NCBI GenBank assembly: GCA_051313645.2
Contig: JBNRSN020000034.1
Coordinates: forward strand, 23,808,001-23,872,000
Source of the DNA: Centroscyllium fabricii
Taxonomy: Eukaryota
DNA length: 64,000 nucleotides
Direction: 5' to 3'
The notes under the pieces are model-generated. The model had not been told where the DNA came from and made no database searches. It saw nothing but the letters and a program-made list of their open reading frames with translations. Shown here one piece after another: positions 52,209-64,000 of the stretch; positions within the stretch are counted from its first letter, which is position 1, and the number at the start of each line of letters is the position of its first letter. The position numbers and the translations under genes are program-made.

Positions 52209-52598
52209 ATGGAGCACCCCTGCTCAAAAGCAAAGTCTTCCTTCTTTAACTGGGAAGCCAAGGTGAAAGATCAATTGCCGGGAAAGAGGAGAGGAACTGA
52301 GGCAAATCAGGAAGTAGTGAACACAGGACACCTAGCCACCCAAAAGTCTGGAGGTCAGACTGAGTGGGCCAAGGCGTTCCACGGAAATGAGATGGGAGAT
52401 GGAGCGATCGGCCTTGATTTCGAGGCATCAACAATGGAGGGAACAGCACAGCTACAGAAAGAGAATGAGAAACTGCGCTACAAACTCAGCAAGATCCTGA
52501 GAAAGTATTTAGAAAAAGAGAATGATCTCTCCTTTGGTACATCTGTTCGTACAGTGCCTCACAGTTCCATGTCTCACAACCGTAGGGATTTCATATAG
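52209..52598 (+). CDS. Candidate small antisense ORF/exon with coiled coil (unverified)
   Basis: True ATG, 129 codons, non-repetitive, purine-rich. Contains QLQKENEKLRYKLSKILRKYLEKE. Confidence 0.35.
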   Translation: MEHPCSKAKSSFFNWEAKVKDQLPGKRRGTEANQEVVNTGHLATQKSGGQTEWAKAFHGNEMGDGAIGLDFEASTMEGTAQLQKENEKLRYKLSKILRKYLEKENDLSFGTSVRTVPHSSMSHNRRDFI

Positions 52599-53354
52599 AG
52601 GTTTCTGCGGTTCCTGCACACAGACTGTGCACAGAATAATATTATGCTCCATCGGGAGAAAGCTAGATGTGGTAAAGAAAATGAATCCCACAGTATCCCT
52701 CTTTGCTGCTTTTCAGAGTGCCGGTGCCAAAACTAATAAAACTAAAATCTCTATAACGTCCTGTTTAACATACTTACAGCTACTTTCCAATTTTCAGCCT
52801 GTATATATTATTACTACACTAACACTGAGGCCACATTATGTGTTTTTAAAAATATGTTAACTCTTCAACAACTGCACCTCTGTTGAATTTTGATGACCGC
52901 CCTCCCTTTTTCTTCCTTTCCTCTCCTGAAGGTGTTGACTGTTGCTGGGGTGCAGTTCCATGGGCTCCCTCCACTACCTATTCTTCACGTATGAGCCTAG
53001 GGTGTGAACCCTTCATTCAGCAAATGAGCCTGCCAAGAAGCTCGCCTATGTCACCACTGTATCGGAAGCTCAGGGATCAGGAATACCGGTACAATAGCAT
53101 TTTACACAGTGCAAAAGAGCCAATTGAACACAAGGAGGTCAGCTATGGTAATGATGGCACATAGGAGGAGATTGGCACAAAGCAGTGAATATCAAGACTG
53201 TCTGGACATGTAATGCAAACCAAACACCTGACTGTTGATGGCTGGCCAACTCATTCAGTTCAAATAAATACTTCAGGAACTTCTAGTGGGATGTAACTTG
53301 TTTTTACCCCCTTTTCCCCTCCTTTTGGATTTACAGTTCTACTGCTGATGGCCC

Positions 53355-54232
53355 ACAGCGCCTCATGGTTGCCCAGTTTTGAGTTGCCAGATCTGTTCGA
53401 AATCTGTCCTATTTAGCACGGTGGTGGTGCCACATTGAAGTCCACCACCCAGAGGACATTTTGTGCCCTTGCTACTCTCAGTGCTTCTTCCAATTGATGT
53501 TCAACTTGGAGGAGTACTGATTCATCAGCTGAGGGAGGGCGGTAGGTGGTAATTAGCAGGAGGTTTCCTTGCCCATGTTTGACTTGACCTGAGTCAATGT
53601 TGAGGAGTCCCAGGGCTACTCCCTCCCGACTGTATACCACGGTGCCACCACCTCTGGTGGGTCTGTCCTGCCGGTGGGATGGGACATACGCAGGGATGGT
53701 GATGATGGTGTCTGGGACATTGGTTCTGTGAGTATGACTATGTCAGGCTGTTGCTTGACCACTCTGTGGGATAGCTCTCCCAATTTTGGCACAAGTCCCC
53801 AGATGTTTGTGAGGAGGACTTTACAGGGTTGTCGTTTACGGTGCCGAGGTCGATGCCGGGTGGTCCGTCCGGTTTTATTCTTATGGTTTTTCGTAGCGGT
53901 TGTTTACAACTGAGTGGCTTGCGGGGCCATTTGAGAGGGCATTAAGTGTCAACCACTTGCTGTGGGTCTGGAGTCACATGTAGGCCTGACCAGGTAAGGA
54001 CGGCAGATTTCCTTCCCTAAAGGACATTAGTGAACCAGATGGGTTTTTGCAACAATCGACAATGGTATCATGGTCACCATTACTAAGACTAACATTTAAT
54101 TCCAGAATTAAATTGAATTGAATTTAAATTCCACCAGCTGCCGCGGTGGGATTTGAACCCATATCCTCAGAGAATTTGACTGAGCCTCTGGCTTACTAGT
54201 CTAGTGACATAACCACTACGCCACCGCCTCCC
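53355..54232 (-). mobile_element. tRNA-headed element fused to a LINE APE-endonuclease remnant
   Basis: Minus-strand head GGCGGTGGCGTAGTGG...GGTTCAAATCC, followed by LLLITTYRPPSA...LWVVDFNV (YRPP and GDFN-like motifs). Confidence 0.75.
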
Positions 54233-54311
54233 CTCTGCTGCCTTGACCAGGCCGAAACACAACAGCAGGGGCCTGACTCACCTGGGAGGCTGATGTTTGA
54301 GGACAGTAGAG

Positions 54312-54437
54312 GGGGCTGAATTTCCTCGGAGCTTTTCTCTGCTGTAAATTCGGTGGAAACCCTATTTACGCGTGGAAGTGGGGTTTCGGCCGAAGCTACG
54401 GTGGCGGAGTGGGAGAAACCTCGAGGAAATTCAGCCC
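54312..54437. mobile_element. Short palindromic MITE
   Basis: ggggctgaatttcctcg ... cgaggaaattcagcccc inverted repeat. Confidence 0.65.
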
Positions 54438-54892
54438 CGAAGGCTTACTTTTGCATCTTGGACACTGCCCTGTGTGGCCGGAGCAGGAAAGTAGAGGATC
54501 AGCCCTGGTCTGTGCTAAGGTAGTTGCTCAGAGAAATGGTGGGGCACTACAGGTGGTCGGCCACCAAACTCCCAAGCCAGGGCTTCTGCCCCCTGATCAC
54601 TGCCTGATGACCCTGCTAGACGGTTGTCAGAATTGGGCTTCATGGTCAAATATCTCGCCCACTGAGACTCATCATGCAGGTTGAAGAACAATCAATTGTT
54701 CGTACAACCATGGACACCGGCTGTAATGGAACCACTAGGAAGCTAACATCCCAGTGAAGCACACGGAGATGGAGCAACAGATCGGAAGCACTGCATCCTG
54801 ATCTTAAAGTCCTTAATTGTTATGAGGCAACTAGGCCACCCATATAGTTAAATATATAATTAATTTTAGGAGCTCTTAAAGATTTTTTCAAT

Positions 54893-55172
54893 GTAACAAC
54901 AACAACTTGCATTTATATAGAACCTTTGATGTAGTAAAATATCCCACGGTGCTTCACAGGAGCGTTATCCACATAAGGAGGAATTAGGACAGGTGACCAA
55001 CAGTTTGGTCAATTAGGTAGGTTGTAAGGAGCGTCTTAAAGGAGGAGAGAGGGTCGGAGAGGTTTAGGGAGGGAATTCCAGAGCTTTGGCCCAAGGTAAC
55101 TGAAGGCACGGCCACCAATGTTGAAGCGATGAAAATCAAGGATACACAAGAGGTCAGAATTGTAGGAGTGCA
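54893..55172 (-). mobile_element. L2 3' fragment
   Basis: (AAC)n then ttgcatttatatag...gtgcttcacag...aggagcgtcttaaagg. Confidence 0.8.
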
Positions 55173-56056
55173 ATTATATATATAGATATATAGATGTATA
55201 TTATAGAAATATAGAAATACAGGATAAATGATATGGCCTTCTGCTCCTAATATAGAGCTTTGTTCACCAGGAGCATATATCAGGAATTGAGGAACAGAGG
55301 TCACCATGCTCCGCGAGATTTTCCATCCATTAATTTGAATTTGCAAAATCTACCATATAGAGCTTACGCAGGTTGACATAAAAAGCACACGTCTTTCCTC
55401 AACCCTCCACTGCACAGCCCCATGTTATAGAGGCGAGAGATTTGCATACGGCTGGCAGTGCATTCTTTGTCGCTTGTAGCAGTAATGATACATAAACTGA
55501 TGGAGTCGTTTCTCACAGGCAGCCTGTCAGAGCGATGCCCTGGCCTTGCCTGGATGTGTATCAGATCATTAGATAATAAAGTGTTAGATCAGGCCAGACT
55601 GACAGGGTCTGTGAAGTGACTATCATTATCTGACAGGGCAGTGCTTTTTGCCACATGGAAAATAAAACATAAGAAGAACTAATCCTTATTCTTATCCCTG
55701 CTTAAGACAGACTAAAGCAAACTTGCCACTTTATATATTTTTTATTCTCCCCTAATTTTCTCTCCTGCTCTCCTAAAGATGCTGACTCATGCTTGGGGGT
55801 CTCTCGCTAGCATCTTGCCCACGTGACCAGTCTTCAGTTGCCAGCAGGTTATACGACCATGTGGGGCATCACAGCGAAGCCTATCCTTAACTGATTGGCA
55901 CACGTTTCCATCACTGCCTAGTAACTAAGAGAAGAAACCCTGGTTGATTAAACCGAGGTCGTGTGTGCCCTCTCAGGTGGACATAAAAGACCCCAGTGTC
56001 CTGGCCAACATTTATCCCTCAACCAACACCACCAAAACAGATTATCTGATCATTTC

Positions 56057-57380
56057 ATAGAATCATAGAATGATACAGCACAGGAGGGGGCTATTCGGCC
56101 CATCGCGCCCGTGCCAGCTCTTTGAAAGAGCCGCCCAATTAGTCCAACTCCCCTGCCCTTTCCTCATAACCCTGCAAATCTTTCCTTTTCAAGTATTTAA
56201 CCAATTCCCTTTTAAAAGTTACTATTGAATTTAGGACATTTAGGACTGAGATGAGGAGAAATTTCTTCACTCAGCGGGTGATGAACCTGTGGAATTCTCT
56301 ACCACAGGAGGCTGTGGAGGCCAAGTCACTGAATATATTGAAGAAGGAGATACACAGAAACACAGAAACACAGAAGATAGGAGCAGGAGTAGGCCATTCG
56401 GCCCTTTGAGCCTGCGCCGCCATTTTGATGAGATCATGGCTGATCATCCAAACCCAGCACCCCCTTCCTACGCTCTCCCCATATTCCCTGACACCCCCAA
56501 CTCTAAGAACTATATCTCACACACATACTCATGGGCAATTTTTAGTATCTCCAATTCACCTAACCTGCATGTCTTTGGGTAGATAGATAGATTTCTAGAC
56601 ACAAAAGGCATCAAGGGGTATGGGGAGAGAGTGGGAATATGGTATTGCGATAGAGGATCAGCCATGATCAAATTGAATGGCGGAGCAGGCTCGAAGGGCC
56701 GAATGGCCTACACCTGCTCCTATTTTTCTATGTTTCTATGGTGGTATTAATCTGCTTCCACTGCCCTTTCAGGCAGTGATTTCCAAACCACAACAATTTT
56801 CTGCATAAAAATAATTCCCCTCATTTCCCTTTTGGTTCTTTTGCCAATTATCTTAAATCTGTGTTCTCTGGTCACCTTCTGCCAGTGGAAACAGTTTCTC
56901 TTTATTTACTCCATCAAAACCCTTCATGATTTTGAACACCGAAGGAGAACAACCCCAGCTTCTCCAATCTCTCCACGTAATTGAAGTCCCTCATCCCTGT
57001 TATCATTCTAGCAAATCTCCTCTGCACCCACTCGAAGGCCACTCACTCTACATCCTTCCTAAAGTGTGGTACCCAGAATTGGCTACAATACTCCAGCTGT
57101 GGCCTAACCAGTGATTTATAACGGTTTAGCATAACGTCCCTGCTTTTGTACTCCTTGCCTCTGTTTATAAAGCCAAGGATCGGGTACGTTTTTTTAACAG
57201 CCTTCTCAACTTGCCCTACCACCTTCAAACATTTGTGTACAGGTCGCTCAGTTCCTGCACTCCTTTTAAAATTGTATCATTTAATTTAGATTGCCTCTCC
57301 TTATTTTTCCTACCAAAATGCATTACTTCACTTCATAATTCTCTGCGTTAAATTTCGTCTGCCATGTGTCTGCCCATTTA
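56057..57380. mobile_element. Nested cluster: minus-strand CR1 containing a plus-strand CR1 (about 56231-56740), which contains a truncated minus-strand V-SINE (about 56352-56580)
   Basis: Host sequences resume on both sides of each insert; ORF2 remnant YKSLVRPQLEYCSQFWVPHFRKD. Confidence 0.75.
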
Positions 57381-57540
57381 TCTCATTGCTGTTTGTGGGA
57401 CATTACTGTGCACATATGTTTGCCTATTTTACAACAATAACAACTATGCTTCAAAAGTACTTAATTGTCTGTGAAACACTTTAGGACTAGAAAAGTGCTA
57501 TAAATGCAGGTTCTCTCTTCTTACAAACTTATAACCCACG

Positions 57541-58000
57541 GTGTCAGCCGTGGCTCAGTGGGAGCACTCTCATCTCTGAGTCAGAAGGTTGTGGGTTCAA
57601 GTCCCACTCTAGAGACTTAAGCACAAAAATCTAGGCTGACACTCCACCTCCAACAGTGCAATACTGAGGGAGTGCTGCACTGTTAGAGGTGCCGTCCTTT
57701 AGATGAGATGTTAAACCGAGGCCCTGTCTGCTCTCTCACGTGGACATAAAAGATCCCATGGCACTATATTGAAGAAAAGCAAGGGAGTTATACCCGGTAT
57801 CCTGGCCTGGTCAATATTTATCCCTCAACCGACACAAAAAAAATCTGAATATCTGGTCATTATCACACTGATGTTTGTGGAAGCTTGCTGTGCGCAAATT
57901 GGCTGCCGTGTTTCCCACATTACAACCGTGACTACGCTTCAAAACATACTTAATTGGCTGTAAAGTGCTTTGGGACATCCGGTGGTCGCGAAAGGCACTA
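57541..58000 (+). mobile_element. tRNA-headed Deu-domain SINE (SacSINE1-like)
   Basis: A/B boxes; gtgctgcactgttagaggtgccgtc...gatgagatgttaaaccgaggccc; L2-like 3' end. Confidence 0.82.
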
Positions 58001-58496
58001 GTCTACTTTCCTTACCAGTGCGGTTTTTTGCCCCCCCCCCCCCCCCCCCGCCACCCCCCACCCAATTTGTCTCTCCTGCTCCCCGAAGGTTTTCATTCTT
58101 GTTCAGGTACAGTTCTTCAGGCACAGGTATCTTGCCCCAGAGGCCTCTCATCCTGTGCAAGCCTAGACAGTGAGTGTCGGCAGTCATTCAACTATAGAGG
58201 GCTTCACTGCTCACGTTCTTGTCCTCGCCCAACATCCACACACGATGCTTCCTTTCCAGCAGGAGTCATTGGATAGTGATCAGGAATGGGATTCAGGGTT
58301 GGCTTTTCCCTTCTCTGGGCTGGAAGTACTGAGATTTATCATGAACGCACTTATTAGGCTGGCTGACACCAGCTAACTTAGCACTGATTGGGCCCCTTCT
58401 GATATGCAAGGTTCAATGCCACACTGGGCAGTGCTTTCACAGTCTAAAACCTCAGAGAATCCAGGGCAAAGGAAAGTTATGGAATTTCTTTCTACG

Positions 58497-58866
58497 TTGA
58501 ATAAATTTAAAACTGAGATAGACAGTTTCCTGGAATTAAAGGGAATTAGGGGTTATGGTGAGCGGGCAGGTAAGTGGACGTGAGGCTAGGTTCAGATCGG
58601 CCATGTGATCTCCTGGACCAGTTTTCGATCGCCTAGATGGGTCGGAGAGGAATTTTCCTGATTTTTTTTCTCCAAAATTGGCTACTGGGTTTTTTAATCT
58701 CTTTTTTTCGCCTCTCCCAGGTGATCACATGGGTCTGGGTGGGGTGGAGAGTAAAAATAAAATTGAGGTTAGGATCAGATCAGCCATGATCTTGTTGAAT
58801 GGCGGAGCAGGCTCGAGGGGCCGATTGGCCGACTCCTGCTCCTATTTCTTATGTTCTTATGTTCTT
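58497..58866 (+). mobile_element. CR1 3' end with extended 3' UTR
   Basis: tttaaaactgagatagacagtttcc...gatcagccatgatctt...(TTCTTATG)n. Confidence 0.8.
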
Positions 58867-60660
58867 AGCTAAGGCCAAGCAATTGAGCCTTTAAAGAAAA
58901 AAATGCACATTACGTTTAAATTCTTCTGCAGCATTTTCCAGAAAGTCTTTAAATAATTATTATATTGTACTTTGGAGCAATAATGGTGAAAATCAGTTCT
59001 CTAATTGTGGGTTTCAGACAGCAGTGAAATGCAAGGGTACATCACACTAATTGGCTTCACTAATGAATAAATCTATAAGACAAAGAAATATTACTTCCCC
59101 AAATTGTTCAAAATTGATATATATATATTGTTAAATAGGAATTAATTTGGAGGCATGCATTAACTCGTAATAAATACCTAGAGTTATTAGACTGGGCAGC
59201 AGACAAAACTGATCGTCCATCCCTCTCAGTTTATTACTACAGTTATTTATCTGTGATTTAAGTCCCATTTTGTGATAAAATGGGACTTATGTGTAATCAG
59301 TTCAGGAAATCCTTTTAATTATTGTAGCCTCAACAAACAGGGGAAATAATCACTGGCATTCAGATCAGCAGGAGAGGAGTTTGCCTTGCAGGTGGTTCTG
59401 TGCAAAGGTTCGCTTTGGGGACCCCCTTACCTTCTACTAGACAATGATATTAAGTACCACCGACTGATCCGCATGTGTACAATTGTGAAAATGCCCGTTG
59501 CAGCAGGTAATAGAAAAATAGTCGACAAGGTGATCAGGGGTCGGCTATTACCATTGTGTAAGTGTCCTTTCACTGGACCCACTCGGGACCTCTGACTGGC
59601 TTGCGATTGCCCGTGTTGCTCAGTCCTGACGCCACCCCTGTGGGCCAGCTGTTCTTCCCATTTTTCTTTCCGTGCATAGTTTTAATTTGAGTATTTATTT
59701 TTTTGTTGCTTGCTGTAACAAAGCAGGTGTCGGAAGCAAAGAACAACAGCAGTGGTAATAGGGGGAAGGAATACACTGGGGTGGGGAGGGGGTGAAATTG
59801 TTCTCGGGCAGCAGCCGCCCGTTTTACACTTTGCCCGATTTTCTTCGCCGTTGGAAGTTGATGGAAAGCAAAATTGGACCGCGTGTAAAACAGGTTTTCT
59901 ATTCGCTATTGCCTGTTTTATGCCAGCACCCTAGACCAATTGTGCCCCTAAGGAGCGAAGTAGAGCTGGAATACGTGTAGCATTGGACATTCGGTGCTGT
60001 ATAGTATGAAGAGATTTTCAACAGAGGATTACTGGGAAATAAAGGGGCTTCTGTATATTAAAACAACCTAATACTATCGGTGGCAGTTTGACTGGTGTCT
60101 GCTTACAGCGACACAGTGTGGGAGAATGGAGTTACTATGCTGGTTCCACATCGCTCGCTGACCAGGGAGAGAGTGTGGCTCTCCACGTGCAGGGGCACAG
60201 CTCGATTTATTGCCACCCAAAGGCCGGTTACATTTTAATATTAACAAGCAGCTGATAAGGATAGTTGGTGCTCTCCGAACTTTTTGCAACCTCACAACAA
60301 ACTCCAGTAAAAACAGAAAATGGTGGCAATGAACAGCTTGTCTGTCAGCATCTGAATAAAAGGATGGGTTAAAGTTTCAGACATGGACCCTTCAAATTAA
60401 GCGCCTGGGGACGTTTTACAATATTTTATAAATATATGCAAGTTGCTGTAGTCGTTGGATGGTCCACAATCCAAGAAGTTAGTCCGCCATGTTTTTTCTC
60501 TTTCCGGAGGCTGACAGGCTCGCTGCCTTTCGTTGGTTTTCCTTTCAGATTTGGAAATGGCACGGCCTCCAGCTGGAGACGAGCTAACACAGCTTGCTTA
60601 AATATGAATCAAGCAAGTCCAGAGCCTAACTATGCCGCGCAGTTTGGGCCGAGGCATATA

Positions 60661-60884
60661 TGACCAGGGTTGCCCTGGAGTCTCCAGGAATTAAAGACCC
60701 GGGGAGGAAAATCATAGGGGGCGTTACAGTCAAGAATCGGCCAACCGGGTGGCGAATAGTCTATTCACTTTCCGATTCGCCGAGGAGGGACGTATTGGGC
60801 GCCCAATGGCGGCAGTGTGGGGTTGGGGGCAGGAGGTCATGTGATGATACCTCCAGGATATGTCCAACCAGAGTTGGCAACCCT
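60661..60884. mobile_element. Partial hAT-type MITE
   Basis: ttgccctggagtctccagg...accagagttggcaacccta, as in 1110-1398. Confidence 0.7.
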
Positions 60885-61729
60885 ACACATGACTGGAATA
60901 ACTTTGCACCGACCGACGCAAGCTTTTCTGCTGCCTGGCTGTGGGATGGAGGAGTGGGAGCTTGCCTCTGTCAGAAGATAGCTGAGGCTTTGTAACAGTT
61001 TGTTCGTTCAGACAGTGTGTTTCCTGGTTTAAACCTTTCCTGTCCTGACAACTGGTACTGGGTTTTCTTTTCGCTGCTGCTGCTGCCTAAAAATAACTTT
61101 TCACAACTTCAAGGTTAAAGGCAGTGCAATACATTCAGGAAGACATTGAGAATAATTTCAGCTGGTTCCCACCCATGGTTCAAGTCTAGTTATTATTTTG
61201 TCATTTCCAGGGCACTGTACTGTATGAGTTAGGGTGGCGGGGGGCAGGGAATCGAGTAGCTACAAATAGAGTACCAGCTTATAAGGTCAAAACAGAACAG
61301 AAAATACAAGGGTATTGTCCAGACACCATTACAGTAACCCTGTGACAATGATAAACAGCAATGATCCACTTCGGAAATGGGAGAGTGAGAAAGGACTGGG
61401 GGGGGGGGGGGAGCGGAGGGGGGAGAGAAAGGAAATTCTGTGTGTATGTGAACATATCTTGCAGAAAACATACCAGTGCAAACACAATGAGGTCTGGACA
61501 ATGATGGGATATCTTTTATGAGCAGGAGACGGCCGGGGGTGGTAAAGAGCCAACCAGGAAATGATAGCAATTCCACACATGGGGACACAGATCAGCATTA
61601 TTTAAAGAAAAATGATCCTTTCTGTACATACCAAAGTGCATTAGACTTTCGGTGCTATCAGCCCTTTAAGATGTTCTGGTGTTAGCCCTGAGACCCCTTA
61701 TGCCCCATGAACATTTTACATAATTCCCA

Positions 61730-61867
61730 GGGGGTGAAAGTCGACTTCAGCGGTAGCAAAAGCAAATCGGCAACTTGTTTTATACCCCACCCGAGTTATA
61801 GGAATAAAAGGGGCTGCCAATTTGCTGTCACTCGCTTACCGCAGCCACTAAAGTCGAATTTCACCCC
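61730..61867. mobile_element. Short palindromic MITE
   Basis: ggggtgaaagtcgactt ... aagtcgaatttcacccc. A similar element lies at about 59789-59948. Confidence 0.65.
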
Positions 61868-62774
61868 ACCAGTATCTTGCATGAATGGTGCAGTCTGGTA
61901 TCTGGCGTTGCCGGTTATAAAGCATGTGCTTAGCATTGCAAATTATTGCAGAACCAGGCAGCCATCTGTGGGAATATTTTAGATGTTTAGTGACTTGAAG
62001 TGAGGCTAGATTCCCATCTGCTCTGAAGATGCTGATCCATCCCGAGGTACAGTTCCACAGGTATCCCACGTGTGAGGCTAGACGGTGAATGTTGGCAGGC
62101 TATTCTACCATGAAAAGCAGCACAGTTTACCCATATCCTACTCTGTTCCCACTGCTAAATGCGTGTACTTCCCAGCAGAGGTCGGGCACAGGAACTCTGA
62201 CTGATCTTCCCCTCCCTACCCTCAGGGACACCAACACTAACTGTCGTGCCACTACTGCTAAACCACGCTGAGGTCGGCTTACCCTGGTGCAGGAATCAAA
62301 ATGGGAGCCATATCACGAGGTTCCTCTGCTACTAAGCCATTGGGTAGCGTTGTGCAGAGTAGAGCACAATGGGAGAACAACAAGGCCAAACTGAAGTGCT
62401 CTGAGCTTAATTTTTCCCACCTTTTCAATTCAGAATTCCAAACACCACAGAGCATTTCCAAAACAGATGGCACTTTCACTGCCGGCTCAGAACCTGAACT
62501 GTGTCTGTAATTGAGGAAACACACCAAAATTCCAAGAGATCTGACAGGCTCAGTTCAGGTCAGTGGAGGTTGCGAGACACGACAGTCAAGGTGAATTCCC
62601 CAAACCAGTACTCCTTATCCCTCTCCAACAGCATAAAACACAGGAGCTGTGGCTGAGATCTATATCAGGGCTGGCATCAGCACTTTCAAACTTTGTCATA
62701 GTTTCATGCATAGCTCACCAAATTAAATCTCTAACTCTTATGAAACTAGGAGGGTATAATCGTTTGGCTAATTG

Positions 62775-62996
62775 GGATAACATATCAGAGCATTATGCTA
62801 ATTCAATCTCATTTGCTTATGCCAATTAAGTTAATTAGAAAATAGACTTTCCTCCATAACGGCAAATTCATAAGAACAATCTTTATAAAACTTAAGAGAG
62901 TGTAATTGTTACGCTATTATGGATAACTTATGAAGAAATTATGCTAATTGTATCTCATTTACATATGAAATTGAACCAATTAGAACATAATTTCCC
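62775..62996. promoter_or_regulatory. Candidate enhancer: duplicated module with POU/homeodomain-like motifs
   Basis: Two diverged copies of GGATAAC..TTATGCTAATT..ATCTCATTT(G/A)C(T/A)TATG..AATTAGAA, 146 bp apart. Confidence 0.5.
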
Positions 62997-63167
62997 CTTA
63001 CGACTCAACTTGCGAGTGCAGGTAATGCCCGCACTCCCCTAACTTTAGTGATGCTATACTGTAACACATAAAGTAGCTGATTAAATTAAATTTACTATCA
63101 TTTCATTACTCTGAAAAATCCGGTTTGACTGCTTGTTACACCAGCTTGGCCTTATGGTATATTGAAT

Positions 63168-63420
63168 AGTGTATCAGATGCACGACCCTATAGTATATCG
63201 GATGGTTGATCCTTTAGCATATTGGGTGCACGATCCTATAGTATATCGGATGGTTGACCCTATAGTATATCGGATGGTTGACCCTATAGTATATCGGATG
63301 GTTGATCCTATAGTATATCGGATGGTTGACCCTATAGTATATCGGATGGTTGATCCTATAGTATATCGGATGGTTGATCCTATAGTATATCAGATGGTTG
63401 ATCCTATAGTATATTGGATT
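63168..63420. repeat. About 24-bp minisatellite (gatcctatagtatatcggatggtt)n
   Basis: Directly visible tandem array of about 10 units. Confidence 0.93.
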
Positions 63421-63431
63421 GCTGGCCCTAC

Positions 63432-63608
63432 AGGTGTCAATCATGGCTCAGTGGGTAGCACTCTCGCCTCTGATTTAGAAGGTTCAAGTTTGAAGCCCGA
63501 CTCCAGAGACTTGAGCACATATTTAAGGCTGACACTTCAGTACAGTCCTGAGGGGAGTGCTGCACTGTTGGAGGTGCTGTCTTTCGGATGAGACGTTAAA
63601 CTGAGACA
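63432..63608 (+). mobile_element. 5' part of a Deu-type SINE, interrupted by a GC-rich MITE-like sequence from about 63609
   Basis: Head matches 57541; breaks after gagacgttaaactgaga into gggggaatttt... Confidence 0.7.
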
Positions 63609-64000
63609 CGGGGGGAATTTTAGGAGGTCCCTGAGTGCGGGTTTCTGGCGGGTCAGTTTCAAAAATTCCAATCTGGCGGGCGGGAAGGCACCCCGCCGGA
63701 TCCCCGCCCATTTGGGAGTTTCGTCGGGCGTGTTTTCCCGCCCCGCATTTCTCCTACCTGCCGCCGGCGGGGATACAGATTGAGATCATTGAGGGCCCTT
63801 AATTGGATGGCTATTCCTATTTTAAGGGCCCTCAGCTATTTTAGCCCTCTTCCCACCCAAAACCCACCTGGTGAAAACCCGCTGTGAAAAAGGTGGTGGG
63901 AACCCAGGCAGCTGGGTGTCTACCACCTTCAATGCATGGGCACAGCACCCATAGAGCAGCTTGCTAGGCTCCACCATGCTGGAGGTGCAGCTGCCACCCA

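Noticed and set aside
24924-64000. Upstream EBF1 exon (VVVSTT...RRLDPSE)
   Set aside because: Not found by eye and presumed to lie beyond the window. A tBLASTn would be needed to exclude it, and likewise the downstream ALNEPTIDYGF exon in 1-10270.

Overview
Vertebrate genomic DNA, most likely a cartilaginous fish (shark): it carries HE1/V-SINE-like, Deu-SINE-like, CR1, L2 and Penelope-type repeats. The window appears to lie inside an EBF1 (COE-family) gene on the minus strand. Two IPT/TIG-domain exons (24793-24923 and 10271-10397) have canonical splice sites and splice in frame; I found no other EBF exon by eye, so the rest is probably intron. The introns hold a full-length, recently inserted Ty3/Gypsy retrotransposon (34726-39601), many LINE/SINE/MITE copies, hammerhead-bearing Penelope-type fragments, several large minisatellites, an assembly gap and AT-rich enhancer-like blocks. 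Best leads: (1) the Gypsy element has no tRNA primer-binding site, has a self-complementary LTR/leader and a YLDN reverse-transcriptase motif; (2) a possible small antisense nested gene (52209-52740) whose coiled coil resembles the RARS1 leucine zipper; (3) TSD-flanked hammerhead retroelements; (4) a teleost-like RTE-X fragment; (5) a duplicated POU-motif module with a 146-bp offset. Family names come from recognised motifs, not database searches.
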